From NCBI GenBank assembly GCA_905193585.1, contig CAJJPG010000001.1:1-42589 (forward strand): a stretch of 42,589 nt of DNA. Direction: 5' to 3'. The position numbers and the translations under genes are program-made. Positions 1 to 9,677 of this stretch are shown one piece after another (the stretch's first letter is position 1; every line of letters begins with the position of its first letter). The notes under the pieces are model-generated. The model did not search any database, had not been told where the DNA came from, and was given only the letters and a program-made list of their open reading frames with translations. The stretch comes from an uncultured Oscillospiraceae bacterium. Its GTDB lineage: Bacteria; Bacillota; Clostridia; Oscillospirales; Acutalibacteraceae.

Positions 1-106
1 TCGCCTATGGCGCGCTCATTCTTTCCTTTGTTTTGTATGCAGCAAGGTTTATACAATACATCGGTGTCCGCCCCCTTAAAATGTAGAATTATGTGTTATT
101 TTGTCG

Positions 107-155
107 AATAAAAAAAGAACGAGCGCCAAACTTGCTTTTCACAAGCTCGGCGCTC
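107..155 (-). terminator. Rho-independent terminator closing the fucI-fucA end of the cluster
   Basis: Read on the minus strand: GAGCGCC-GAG-CTTG-tgaaaag-CAAG-TTT-GGCGCTC. The outer stem is 7 bp and GC-rich (121-127/149-155); the inner stem is 4 bp (131-134/142-145). It is followed directly by GTTCTTTTTTTATT (A-run 110-116 on the + strand). It lies 86 nt downstream of the fucA stop. Confidence 0.7.
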
Positions 156-240
156 TGTTGCATCCTCGGTATTTTACACCGATACATATTATTTTTTTGT
201 GATTCAATTTGAATCACCCCGTATTATAAATTCGTATACC

Positions 241-927
241 TTATGAAATGTTATAATGCTTATACCCAGGATGTTTGCCTGTTACATGATAATAGTTATC
301 GCGCAGGTACAATAGCTTATCAATCTGCTCTTTCGGTATTTCTTTTGCCCCGCCTAAAAGATGTGCATTTAAGGAAATCTTTGCAAAAAGCTCAAGCGTT
401 TCCATACGGTAGTATGCGGTTATAAGGTCGCAGCCTACCGTCAGCGCTCCGTGGTTTTGGAGCAATAATACATCGTGTTCTGCAAGGTACGGCGCTATTG
501 CCTCGGGTACTTCGTTTGTAGAGGGCGTACCGTAAGGAGTAAGCGGTATTGAGCCTATTGCTATTACCGTTTCAATCATACTGTATTCGTCAAGACTTTT
601 GCCCGCAACCGCATAACCCGTAGCTGTCGGCGGGTGGGCGTGCACCACCGCGCCAACGTCGTCGCGCTCGGTATAGCAGCGCATGTGCATTTTAATCTCG
701 CTTGACGGCTTATATTTACCTTCTGCCTCTACGATATTCATATCCTTATCGATAATAACAAGCTTTTCGGGAGTTATAAAGCTTTTCGATATGCCTGTCG
801 GCGTTACCAAAAAGTTTCCGTCCGGCAGCTTTACCGACACATTGCCATCGTTAGCGGCAACCCAACCGAGCTGCCACATTTTGTGGCACACATCAGATAT
901 TTGTTCTCTTATTTCCGTATATGTCAT
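241..927 (-). CDS. fucA: Class II aldolase, probable L-fuculose-1-phosphate aldolase
   Basis: 228-aa ORF with class II aldolase/adducin-type blocks: NDGNVSVKL, VTPTGISK, PSSEIKMH, VVHAHPP, LLQNHG. RBS AAGGTG lies upstream of the ATG. The gene starts 10 nt after the fucI stop. The call as fuculose-P aldolase, rather than another class II aldolase or epimerase, rests on adjacency to fucI. Confidence 0.75.
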   Translation of the reverse strand: MTYTEIREQISDVCHKMWQLGWVAANDGNVSVKLPDGNFLVTPTGISKSFITPEKLVIIDKDMNIVEAEGKYKPSSEIKMHMRCYTERDDVGAVVHAHPPTATGYAVAGKSLDEYSMIETVIAIGSIPLTPYGTPSTNEVPEAIAPYLAEHDVLLLQNHGALTVGCDLITAYYRMETLELFAKISLNAHLLGGAKEIPKEQIDKLLYLRDNYYHVTGKHPGYKHYNIS

Positions 928-937
928 TTTTCACACC

Positions 938-2734
938 TTACTTTTTAAATTGCGCGCCGTAGTTAGCGCAGGCTCTGTAATCCGCGCCCTCTTTATCCAT
1001 TCCGAATGCATTCCATGCTGCCGGGCGGAATATATCTTCTTCGGGCACATTGTGCATACAAACCGGAATACGGAGAATGGAACAAAGGGTTATAAGATCT
1101 GCGCCTATATGACCGTAGGATATAGCGCCGTGGTTAGCGCCCCAGTTGTTCATAACATCATAAGCCGACTTAAATGCGCCCTCGCCCGTAACGCGCGGAG
1201 TAAACCAGGTGCAGGGCCAAGTATAATCGGTGCGTTTCCAAAGCGTATCGCTTACCTCTGTCGGCAGATCCACTGTCCAGCCCTCAACTATCTGGAGTAC
1301 AGGTCCCAAGCCCTTTATAAGGTTAAGCCTTATCATTGTGGCGGGCATTTCAGCCTTTGTTTCAAAGCGGGAGGAGAATCCGCCGCCGCGGAAGTAGCCG
1401 AGGTCGGCATAGTTCCAGGTGGTATTCTCCATAATAGCCTTTCGGTCTTCTTCTGTCATATCATACCAAGGCTTCATAACGGCGTTGCCGTTTTCGTCCC
1501 TTGCCGCGCCGCTTGCGTCAAGGCAGCAGGCGCCCGAATTTATAAGGTGAATAAAGCCGTCCGCATCTTTTGCATGACCCTCAAGGTCATAGCCCGTTAC
1601 TCTCTTTACAGATTTACCGTTCCAGCAGGTTCTGACATCGGCAAACATCTGCGCGCGGTTGGTGAGCAGTTTCATAAACAGCATACCGAGTCCGTTCAAA
1701 ACATCGTTTTCGGTTGCAAGTATGTACGGTTCTCTTGCCCCGTTCCAATCAAACGAAGTATTAAGCAACGCTTCGGGGAAATCGCAGTTCGGGTAAAAGT
1801 CCGTCCACTGGCGCTGACCCTGGAAGCCTGCGGCTATTGCGTTGTGACCTACAGCCTCTTCCTCGCAGCCCTTGGGGAGGTTTTTATTACCGTTCATAAG
1901 GTCTTTTATTATAACGCACATCTTAACGGTAAATTCCCAATCCTCTTTTTTCTGCTCGTCTGTTCTTTGCAGATTTTCTGGGTTTTTATCAAAGCCCGTC
2001 TTGCAGTATTTCTTTGACCATTCAAGAGCCTTTTCGTACTCTTTTTCATCATAAATGCCCTCGGTCATTCGGCGGATAATTTCCACCTCGTCTACCGATT
2101 CAACGCGCATACCGAGGTAATCCTCCATAAAATGCGGGTCAATTATAGAGCCGCCTATGCCCATTGTGATAGAGCCTATCTGCAAATACGACTTGCCGCG
2201 CATTGTAGCCGCCGCTACCGCCGCTCTGCCGAAACGGAGTAATTTCTCGCAAACGTCTGCGGGAATTTCGGTATCATCCGCGTCGCATACATCATTTCCG
2301 TAAATGCCGAATGCGGGCAGACCCTTCTGAGCGTGTGTTGCAAGCACAGACGCCAAATACACAGCGCCCGGTCTTTCGGTACCGTTAAAGCCCCAAACCG
2401 CCTTTATTGTGTCCTTTTCCATATCCATAGTCTCAGCGCCGTAGCACCAGCAGGGTGTAACCGTTAAGGTTATATCCACGCCTGCCTTGCGGAACTTATC
2501 CGCGCAGGCGGCAGTCTCGGCTACTCTGCCTATGGTGGTATCCGCGATAATCACCTTAACAGGCTCACCGTTTGAATATTTAAGGTTTTCGGTGAAAAGC
2601 CTTGCGGCGGCTTTCGCCATATTCATGGTTTGGTCCTCCAGTGACTCACGAACACCCAAAACACCGCGCCGACCGTCGATTGTAGGGCGAATTCCTATTA
2701 CCGGATAATCCTGTATGTATCTGTTTGCTGACAT
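938..2734 (-). CDS. fucI: L-fucose isomerase
   Basis: 598-aa ORF colinear end to end with E. coli FucI as I recall it. Matching blocks: [103 protein letters not shown] lies upstream of the ATG. Confidence 0.95.
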   Translation of the reverse strand: MSANRYIQDYPVIGIRPTIDGRRGVLGVRESLEDQTMNMAKAAARLFTENLKYSNGEPVKVIIADTTIGRVAETAACADKFRKAGVDITLTVTPCWCYGAETMDMEKDTIKAVWGFNGTERPGAVYLASVLATHAQKGLPAFGIYGNDVCDADDTEIPADVCEKLLRFGRAAVAAATMRGKSYLQIGSITMGIGGSIIDPHFMEDYLGMRVESVDEVEIIRRMTEGIYDEKEYEKALEWSKKYCKTGFDKNPENLQRTDEQKKEDWEFTVKMCVIIKDLMNGNKNLPKGCEEEAVGHNAIAAGFQGQRQWTDFYPNCDFPEALLNTSFDWNGAREPYILATENDVLNGLGMLFMKLLTNRAQMFADVRTCWNGKSVKRVTGYDLEGHAKDADGFIHLINSGACCLDASGAARDENGNAVMKPWYDMTEEDRKAIMENTTWNYADLGYFRGGGFSSRFETKAEMPATMIRLNLIKGLGPVLQIVEGWTVDLPTEVSDTLWKRTDYTWPCTWFTPRVTGEGAFKSAYDVMNNWGANHGAISYGHIGADLITLCSILRIPVCMHNVPEEDIFRPAAWNAFGMDKEGADYRACANYGAQFKK

Positions 2735-2748
2735 AATATCAACCTCAT

Positions 2749-3003
2749 TTACCTTAGAATTTTCAAAGTATAATTTTCCTTTAAAGTGCAGTTTACAGAA
2801 ATTACGTCTTTATCTGTTTTATAATTAACGGAATTACCGTTTATTAAAACCGCAGAAACGGATTCAAGTGCCGTAACAAAGCTTTCAAGCTAGATTTCAC
2901 CGTATAAAACCGTAAATTCATAGCTGTCGTTCAGGCTCTCCACAGTGCCCGACGCACTGTATATTCCGAACAGATCATATGCGTCTTTAAAAGCATACCC
3001 GAT
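2749..3003 (-). pseudogene. Start-less, stop-interrupted relic of a coding sequence (resembles a glycosidase C-terminal beta-sandwich)
   Basis: The minus-strand frame continuous with the upstream SGNH ORF (after TAG-GGA-TAA) reads IGYAFKDAYDLFGIYSASGTVESLNDSYEFTVLYGEI. Then comes an in-frame TAG (2890-2892). It continues [46 protein letters not shown] and ends at TAA (2749-2751). The composition is protein-like, but there is no ATG/GTG/TTG start in a usable position. It fills most of the otherwise unusually long 275-nt gap upstream of fucI. Confidence 0.4.
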
Positions 3004-3009
3004 TTATCC

Positions 3010-3675
3010 CTACACTATTTTGATATGCTTCTCTATCTCGTTTGCCATTTGAAGATACCCCGCCGCGTTCGGGTGTATTCCGTCATGTGTATACTCCGCC
3101 TTGAAGGTCTTTCCGTCATCGGAAAGAACGGGTACAAAGTCTATGTATTCTTTCCCGAGGCTTTTTAAAAACGCATTCATTTCCGCTGCCATACGATAGC
3201 GTTTTTCTTTATCCTGCGGCGGCGCTATATCGGATGGCGGCACAGAGCAGATCAAAAGCTCTATTCCCGCATCGTTGCTTTTTTTAACCATCTCGGACAC
3301 ATTCTCTTTATAATCCGAAAGTACCGTTTCCTCCGCTTCGCCGTCTTTCCGCCACCAAAAATCATAATCCGTACGCGAAATATCGTTTGTTCCTATCATC
3401 ATAACCGCCTTTTTCGGGTGCAGCTGTATGCAATCGGCATCAAAACGTTTGCACATATATTCCGAGCTGTCCCCGCCTATACCGCGGTTTACAATATAGC
3501 ATTTCGTGCCGAAATATGCATAATGATCCCACAATTGCGTAATACTGTCGCCGATGAATAAAATATCCACCGATATTTTAAGATATAAAATCTGCTCGTT
3601 CCCGAAATCAAAATCTCCCCGTCTGTTATCCGCAGGGACATTTTTCCCGAAATTCCCCGGTTTTATAATAGTCAT
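3010..3675 (-). CDS. SGNH/GDSL-family esterase, cytoplasmic (probable glycan O-acetylesterase)
   Basis: 221 aa with no signal peptide. SGNH blocks: I FIGDSITQLW, II GIGGDS, III GTNDI, V DGIHPN. RBS GGAAAGG. Confidence 0.85.
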   Translation of the reverse strand: MTIIKPGNFGKNVPADNRRGDFDFGNEQILYLKISVDILFIGDSITQLWDHYAYFGTKCYIVNRGIGGDSSEYMCKRFDADCIQLHPKKAVMMIGTNDISRTDYDFWWRKDGEAEETVLSDYKENVSEMVKKSNDAGIELLICSVPPSDIAPPQDKEKRYRMAAEMNAFLKSLGKEYIDFVPVLSDDGKTFKAEYTHDGIHPNAAGYLQMANEIEKHIKIV

Positions 3676-3701
3676 TGATCTGCCTTTCCAAATAATACTT
3701 T

Positions 3702-5999
3702 TTACTGCTCTTCAAGCATATTTACCTTATGAATTTTACTGCCGTCAAACGCTATTGTACGAATTTCAAACGGCTCTAACGGAACAGAAAACTTACAGTC
3801 TCCTATTGTGACCCCGGCCACGGTATTCTCCCCGTTTTCCTCAACAATGCGAAGTATCGTATCGCCGTTCCGCTCGGATTTTTTTACCGCCGAAAGATAC
3901 GCGCCGTCGCATTTAAAAAAGCTTTTTTGCGGAGGAAATATGCCGCCGTGGTTAGCCTCGGCAATTATAACGGGCGGATTGTTAAGGGCAGCGGCAGCGT
4001 GTTTACCGTTATCAAAACACATTTGGATCACACCTGTAGTTTCACCCTGTCCCATATATGTATATTCGCGGCTTGTATCAAGTGGCGCGCTGCGCAAGTC
4101 CCCGAACAACGCGTTACGCAACAGTGTAATTCCTATTTGTTTGCCGTCATAATCATACGAAAAAGCCGATGAAGTACCTAAAAAAAAGCCGTCGCCCTCT
4201 ATCCACTGTGCCATAGGCATTTCGTATTCGGATATCTCGCGCCGAATAAATCCGAACGGAATTGAAGATATGCAGCTACCGCTGTTAAATCCCAATTTCA
4301 GCGTTCGCCGTTCCTCATTCCAAAGGCAGCGGTATTCGCACAGTACCCTGTCATCATATACCCTGAACAGCAGCGTAAGCGTGGATTTATTGTATGCGTA
4401 AACCGCTTTATAAGCGGTGCGGAACAAACCGTCCTCAATTACTCCGAAAGATTTTAACGAAAGCTCCTGATGCTCTGTTTCTAAAACCGTTTTGTTGAAG
4501 CCCCATGTGTCGCACTCATCAACACGGACATACGGTAAAAAAATTCCTTTTAATGTTTTGCCGCTTTGTGTATCAATTAAATCAAAACCGCCGTATGCTG
4601 CCTTACCAAGCTTAAAGCGGCGAGAAGAAGCCTCGCTTTTTTCGGTTTGCCGAACAATGAAACACTTATATCCGCCCGCCGGAATTTCCGCACGGAATAC
4701 AAAGCGAGAACGGAACGACGGAACAACGCATTCCTCGGTAATGATCTGCGTGGGATAATCTGTGCCGTCGGCGTCTGTCAGGGTTATGCCGCCGTTATAC
4801 CAAGGAAACTCCCATGCCCATTGAACCTCCGCTTCAATCGGTGCGTCAATGGGAAAGCCGTTAAGATTCCATACCGCCAAATTCCAAGCGTTATCAGGGT
4901 TTTTACCAGGCATTGCTATCATATTTGTAATACTTTGCAGCGCATAGTGCATATGCTCTGCGGCGGTCTGTATTGCTCTGCCGTGCAGGTCTCTTGCGTC
5001 CCTGTAAGCGGAAGGTATGCAGGTGCCGCCGAGAATGTCATGAAATTGATTGAACATAACATCCTTCCAGCACTGCTTTATTTCCGCCTGCGGATATTCA
5101 CGGTCTATAAGGTTATAGGCTATTACGCTTGCCGCCTCACAATTAAGCAATGCCGTTTCGGCACGGCGGTTGTCCTGCTTAACTGGTGTATAATTACAGT
5201 ACGGTCCCAAATACCTTGTCTGCAGCTCATCACAGACCGAAATTTCAGGCTTTACATCACCGAAAAATCCGCTTACCGTGCCATACGAAACATCATAATC
5301 CTTACATGTCGCGGACAATCTGTTTATTACCGACATTTGCTGCTTAGTGGGCGCGCCGCCGTGATCTGTAACGCCGAAGACAACCATAAGGTTATCCACC
5401 GTATTTTCGCTGAAAATTTTACCGAAAGTTTCTTTTTCAATATCTTTTACAAAAATCTCGCCGCCCTTTCCCCCGAGCCTATAGCAGCGAACGGAAGAGC
5501 CGTCCAATCCCACCCAGTCAAACAGCGGTTTCGGCAATTCCTTATGCGCTTCGTTCGGTCGCCAAAAAACATAATTTCGGAAACCGCACCCCCGCAGAAT
5601 TTGCGGAAGCTGCATATTATGACCGAAGGAATCGATATTGAATACCGTGTCGCTCGTTTTTCCGAAATGCGTTTTCAAATACTCCCGGGCATAAAGACCC
5701 TGTCTGATATAGCTTTCGCCGCAGGGTGCGTTGCAGTCGGCTTGCACCCACCAGCCCTCGCACAATTCCCAGCGACCTTCCTTTACACGTTTTTTAATTT
5801 CTTCAAAAAGTTTTATATCGGTTTTTTCTATCCATTCGAATACGGCGGGAGTACAGAAGCTGTAAATAAAATCGGGATTTTCGTTCATTCTGTCAAGCGC
5901 GGAGCGAAATGTGGAGCGTATTGAGGCCAATGCCTCGTCCCATCTCCATAACCACACCGGATCAAAATGAGTATTTCCTATCATATAAAGCTTTTTCAT
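3702..5999 (-). CDS. GH38-family alpha-mannosidase-like glycoside hydrolase, cytoplasmic
   Basis: 765 aa with no signal peptide. The N-terminus, MIGNTHFDPVWLW, matches the GH38 metal-site His/Asp block. NIDSFGHNMQLPQIL matches the nucleophile Asp block. FNQFHDILGGT matches the central GH38 block. RBS GAAGGAAA. It is shorter than the ~900-1000-aa bacterial GH38s I recall. Confidence 0.8.
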   Translation of the reverse strand: MKKLYMIGNTHFDPVWLWRWDEALASIRSTFRSALDRMNENPDFIYSFCTPAVFEWIEKTDIKLFEEIKKRVKEGRWELCEGWWVQADCNAPCGESYIRQGLYAREYLKTHFGKTSDTVFNIDSFGHNMQLPQILRGCGFRNYVFWRPNEAHKELPKPLFDWVGLDGSSVRCYRLGGKGGEIFVKDIEKETFGKIFSENTVDNLMVVFGVTDHGGAPTKQQMSVINRLSATCKDYDVSYGTVSGFFGDVKPEISVCDELQTRYLGPYCNYTPVKQDNRRAETALLNCEAASVIAYNLIDREYPQAEIKQCWKDVMFNQFHDILGGTCIPSAYRDARDLHGRAIQTAAEHMHYALQSITNMIAMPGKNPDNAWNLAVWNLNGFPIDAPIEAEVQWAWEFPWYNGGITLTDADGTDYPTQIITEECVVPSFRSRFVFRAEIPAGGYKCFIVRQTEKSEASSRRFKLGKAAYGGFDLIDTQSGKTLKGIFLPYVRVDECDTWGFNKTVLETEHQELSLKSFGVIEDGLFRTAYKAVYAYNKSTLTLLFRVYDDRVLCEYRCLWNEERRTLKLGFNSGSCISSIPFGFIRREISEYEMPMAQWIEGDGFFLGTSSAFSYDYDGKQIGITLLRNALFGDLRSAPLDTSREYTYMGQGETTGVIQMCFDNGKHAAAALNNPPVIIAEANHGGIFPPQKSFFKCDGAYLSAVKKSERNGDTILRIVEENGENTVAGVTIGDCKFSVPLEPFEIRTIAFDGSKIHKVNMLEEQ

Positions 6000-6017
6000 A
6001 CAGTAAATTTATTTCCT

Positions 6018-7958
6018 TCAATCAAGTGTGATAACGCTCATCATTTCGAGCTTTTCAAGTTTCACCGCAGTATATTCGCCGTCCCATTCAAAATCAAGCT
6101 GCAGATTTTCCGGCTGTCTGACAACCTTTTCGGGTTTGTTTTCGGTTTTGACCTTTACGGTAATGTTGCAAATCGGCAAAAGCTCATCATATGTAAAAGT
6201 ATTCGGGTCGCTGTGCGGTCCGGAGCAGTTAAGCAGAACCACCTCTTTTTTACCGCAATTTCTGCGCAGGGCAACTTCAACATTGCGGCTGCCTGTAACC
6301 GTCAGCTCGGGCTTTTGCAAAAGCTTTGAAACAGTGCGCTTAACAAAATCGCAAGCGCCTGCGGTTCTTCCGTTTATATATTGCTGCCCCATATCAAAAT
6401 AAATGCCGGCAATTTTGCCTTTCCCGAGCCCGTTTACGGTAAGCGCTGTATGAATATCAGAAAAATCGCTGTTTAAAAATGCGTTTTCCGCAGCAACAGC
6501 CGTTAACACCTTAACCTCGTTTATATCGCTCAATTCACCGAATGAGCAATAATCGTATTTATCGCCTATAAACACTCTCTTCTGTTTAACCGTATCGGTA
6601 ATGCTTACGCCGAGCTCCTTTTCAAAAAGCCTTGTTGCGCCGCTGCCGATAATAAGCAGGCTGCCGCCGTTTTCGGCAAATGCGAGCAATTTATCCTTAC
6701 AGCTCAGTTCCGCCCATTCGGGAACAACTATCAGCTTATACTGCAAAGCAGGGTTATCAAGCTCCCACTCTCCTATAACGTCAACCGATTGCTGCGAATC
6801 CGCAAAGCATTGCAGAATACCGTTAATACCGTCAAGCAGCGAGCCCTCGAAAAATCCGTACGCTTTGTTATTCATCTTCATTGCCGTTTTTCCGTCAAAC
6901 AGCACGGCAATTTGAGAGAGCGATTCGCTGCCGAAAAGATATTCTCTGTATTTACGGCAATAATCAAAGGTTTCTTTAAATTTATCAAGCTTTTTAATAT
7001 CCACACCGCCGTCCGGTTCCTGAAGCATATACAGTTCCACCCCGCCGCCGTGCATCATTATCTGGGAAGCCTCGTGCATAAGCTGAACGGAAGGCTTCAG
7101 GCAATTGACAAATCCGCCGGCGTATTTGGCGGCATCGCACCACAGCATAAGATCCCACGGCTTTTTTTGTCCGGAAATAAAGCGGCATTCCATTCTGAGA
7201 ATATTAAATGTTGTCATACCCCATATATCTGCCGAAATAAACGAAATGTCGGAATCAACCTTTTCCGAATCGTAAGAGGTATAATCCCAATTGCAGCATA
7301 TTTGGAAGTCGGGATATATTTCATGTACCGCATTGATGTAATGGCGCCTGGTTTCAGCATATTCATCACGGAAGAACTGCAAAAACTCGGCATAATGCGG
7401 GTCGTTTTCGTTTTTCGGAATTTCGGTTATACCGGTTTTTTCGGTAAACCTTGCAAGTATTTCGGGTCTGTAATTAGGCTCAATATTAAATCCCGAACCG
7501 TCCATCCATGCGCCGTCAAGCTCATAATCCCCCGCAAGCTCCAAAAGCTGCGGAATGAGCCTTTTTTCTATGTAATCACCCGGAACGTTCAGCAAGCGCG
7601 GATCAAGAGATCCGTCAGCCCGCATAAGCGCCCAATCGGGATGTCTCTCCGCCGCGTCTCTGTCGTCCATTGCGGCATGATGTGCAAAAAGGCCCACGCC
7701 GTTTTCCTTTGTGACCTTACGCCAGATTTTAAGTATATCCTTATCTATTTCGGGCGCGCGATTTTCAAGTCTTGTGGGGTAGCTTGCAATGCCGTAAGCT
7801 CCCTTTGTATCGCACTGAATATAATCGGGATGCAGCATGTCGATAACATCCTGCACCGTTTTTTCGGTGAAACTTTTTCCTATGTGCCTGTTATCTCTTG
7901 AGGCGTGAAAGTCAAAATGCACGCCCAAAAAGCCGTTTTTTCTGTCATATGTTTTCAT
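6018..7958 (-). CDS. TIM-barrel glycoside-hydrolase-like protein (GHL6 / GH42-related architecture; candidate GH151-type alpha-L-fucosidase or beta-galactosidase)
   Basis: 646 aa with no signal peptide. The N-terminal GVHFDFHA strand and the following barrel-like pattern recall the GHL6 hypothetical-hydrolase family. The middle region (VPEWAELS..GGSLLIIGSGA) looks like a GH42-type trimerisation/flavodoxin-like domain. The C-terminus is a beta-sandwich. RBS AAGGGAGAG. The CDS itself is solid; the activity is an inference. Confidence 0.55.
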   Translation of the reverse strand: MKTYDRKNGFLGVHFDFHASRDNRHIGKSFTEKTVQDVIDMLHPDYIQCDTKGAYGIASYPTRLENRAPEIDKDILKIWRKVTKENGVGLFAHHAAMDDRDAAERHPDWALMRADGSLDPRLLNVPGDYIEKRLIPQLLELAGDYELDGAWMDGSGFNIEPNYRPEILARFTEKTGITEIPKNENDPHYAEFLQFFRDEYAETRRHYINAVHEIYPDFQICCNWDYTSYDSEKVDSDISFISADIWGMTTFNILRMECRFISGQKKPWDLMLWCDAAKYAGGFVNCLKPSVQLMHEASQIMMHGGGVELYMLQEPDGGVDIKKLDKFKETFDYCRKYREYLFGSESLSQIAVLFDGKTAMKMNNKAYGFFEGSLLDGINGILQCFADSQQSVDVIGEWELDNPALQYKLIVVPEWAELSCKDKLLAFAENGGSLLIIGSGATRLFEKELGVSITDTVKQKRVFIGDKYDYCSFGELSDINEVKVLTAVAAENAFLNSDFSDIHTALTVNGLGKGKIAGIYFDMGQQYINGRTAGACDFVKRTVSKLLQKPELTVTGSRNVEVALRRNCGKKEVVLLNCSGPHSDPNTFTYDELLPICNITVKVKTENKPEKVVRQPENLQLDFEWDGEYTAVKLEKLEMMSVITLD

Positions 7959-7991
7959 ATGTCGCTCTCCCTTGCAGTATTGCCTTGCGTG

Positions 7992-9626
7992 TTAAACTTC
8001 CCTTTCAAAAAAGCCCTTCAGCTCAACTGGATTTTTACCGAGCGCTTTTTCTTCCCCGAGCAGCACCTTAACAAAATATTTCTGCGTTTTTTCACCGCAT
8101 GAAAAAGCGTTTATGTAGGTGTGTAAAAACGGAAATTCATAAAGCTTATACGGGTCGCCGAAGGAAGTAAATATAAATTTCGGGTGTGAAAGTCCCAACC
8201 CGTCCCAAAACGGCCCCATATGGTCGCTGCCGCAGCGCAGCGAGCCCGCATTGCTGTGTGAAACGTCAATAAAACTGTTTACCAGCACACAATCGTAATT
8301 TTCCTCTATACCTTTAAGCTCCGTATGAATAAACGGTATGTTTTTTCGATCAACCTTAAATCCGCGGTCTTCAAGCTCTTTTCTCAGCGGCTCGTCAATA
8401 TTTGCGTCGTTATTGTTCGAGGATGTGGATATAAGGTTCAAAAGCAATATTCTGTCCCCACGGTTTAATTTCAACGGGATAAGCTTATCAAAGTTGCGCT
8501 CAATTCTAAAGGATTTTGCAACCGCCTTATCTATATAATCCTGCGGGTCGCCGCTCAGGCTTATTTTTGCGTCGTCGGACTGTTCGTCATCCAGTAGACC
8601 TACGCTGTTTTTAAGTCTTAAAACCCGTTCTGCGGCGTCTCTCAACCGCTCTGTCGGTATAACCCCGTCTTCCGCAGCCTTTCTTATTGCCCTGTAATCC
8701 TCGGGCTTGGAAAAGAGCATTAAATCTCCGCCCGCATTTATAAAACGCACACCGAGTTCCTCGCGTTTACAAACCGCAACCGCTCCCACCATATTCATGG
8801 CATCGGAAATAATGCACCCGTCAAAGCCGAGTTTTCTCTTTAAAAGATCGGTCATAAGATTTTTACTGAGCGAGCACGGAAGATAACCTGTTATCGGGTC
8901 AATTTCTTCTTCGCTCTGCCATGACGGAAGACTGATGTGCGCACACATAACCGCTTTAGCGCCGTTTTTGAACATTTCCTTATATACGCGTCCGTAAGTT
9001 TCAAGCCATTCCTGCCTGCCCTTGCTGTTAACGGTTGTGCAGTAGTGCTGATTGCGGTCGTCCATACCGTCTCCGGGGAAGTGCTTGCAGCAGGCAACTA
9101 CCCTGTTTTCGGATGTAAGCCCGCGCACAAAAGCGCCCGCCATTTTTATAACGTGGTCGGCACTGTCCGACATTGCCCTTGTATTTACAAGCGGATTATT
9201 AAAATTGTAATTTATATCAACCACGGGTCCCAAAAGCACATGATTTCCCGTTTTTCTGAGCATTTGCGCGTAAACCCGTGCGTACTCTTCCATAAGCTCG
9301 GGGTCATCCGTTGCTCCCCACGCCATTTTGGTAATTTGCTGGTCAAAGTTTTCAATCCAACCGTCGGTAAGCACCATTGTCGGAATCGGGGCATATTCCC
9401 CCGCCCTTTTGCAAAGCGTTCTGTTCATTTCAAGCTGATTCATGCCCTTGCAAAGCGGGCTTACCGGTGCGGTATATACAGAACCCAAGTGCATTTCTTT
9501 AAATATTCCGTCATACTCGGATATTTCAAAATCGGGGCTTGCCAGATCAATGTTCAAAACCTGCCCGCAAAGCTCATCAAGGCTCATGGACTCAACGACT
9601 TTTCTTATTTCGTTATTTGTTTTCAT
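7992..9626 (-). CDS. GH3-family glycoside hydrolase (beta-glucosidase / beta-N-acetylhexosaminidase type), cytoplasmic
   Basis: 544 aa with no signal peptide. GH3 hallmarks: CCKHFPGDG and the nucleophile block GCIISDAMNM. RBS AAGGAG sits 7 nt upstream of the ATG. Confidence 0.8.
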   Translation of the reverse strand: MKTNNEIRKVVESMSLDELCGQVLNIDLASPDFEISEYDGIFKEMHLGSVYTAPVSPLCKGMNQLEMNRTLCKRAGEYAPIPTMVLTDGWIENFDQQITKMAWGATDDPELMEEYARVYAQMLRKTGNHVLLGPVVDINYNFNNPLVNTRAMSDSADHVIKMAGAFVRGLTSENRVVACCKHFPGDGMDDRNQHYCTTVNSKGRQEWLETYGRVYKEMFKNGAKAVMCAHISLPSWQSEEEIDPITGYLPCSLSKNLMTDLLKRKLGFDGCIISDAMNMVGAVAVCKREELGVRFINAGGDLMLFSKPEDYRAIRKAAEDGVIPTERLRDAAERVLRLKNSVGLLDDEQSDDAKISLSGDPQDYIDKAVAKSFRIERNFDKLIPLKLNRGDRILLLNLISTSSNNNDANIDEPLRKELEDRGFKVDRKNIPFIHTELKGIEENYDCVLVNSFIDVSHSNAGSLRCGSDHMGPFWDGLGLSHPKFIFTSFGDPYKLYEFPFLHTYINAFSCGEKTQKYFVKVLLGEEKALGKNPVELKGFFEREV

Positions 9627-9677
9627 TAAAATTTACTCCTTACACACATTGAAAGCGCTGAAAATATTTACAACAGC

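Noticed and set aside
5-61. An 18-codon minus-strand ORF (MYCINLAAYKTKERMSAP) with a strong AAGGGGG SD just downstream of the terminator, and a 34-codon plus-strand ORF at 8-112.
   Set aside because: They are too short, have no recognisable features, and sit at the window edge. I cannot distinguish them from chance or from the leader of the next, unseen gene.
199-217. The perfect 9-bp-arm palindrome GTGATTCAA-T-TTGAATCAC as a second terminator after fucA.
   Set aside because: It is AT-rich with a 1-nt loop. The T-run lies on the wrong side for the minus-strand transcript. The GC-rich hairpin with a U-tract at 107-155 is the credible terminator. It is kept only as a possible protein-binding site in the control-region finding.
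683-2017. Long plus-strand ORFs in the track: 683-2017 (444 aa), 4647-5924 (425 aa), 6789-7901 (370 aa), 8937-9629, 15668-16414, 25242-25850 and many shorter ones.
   Set aside because: Each lies fully antisense to a minus-strand gene with clear family motifs. The translations are low-complexity (R/C/F/I-rich) with no recognisable domains or RBSs. They are shadow ORFs.
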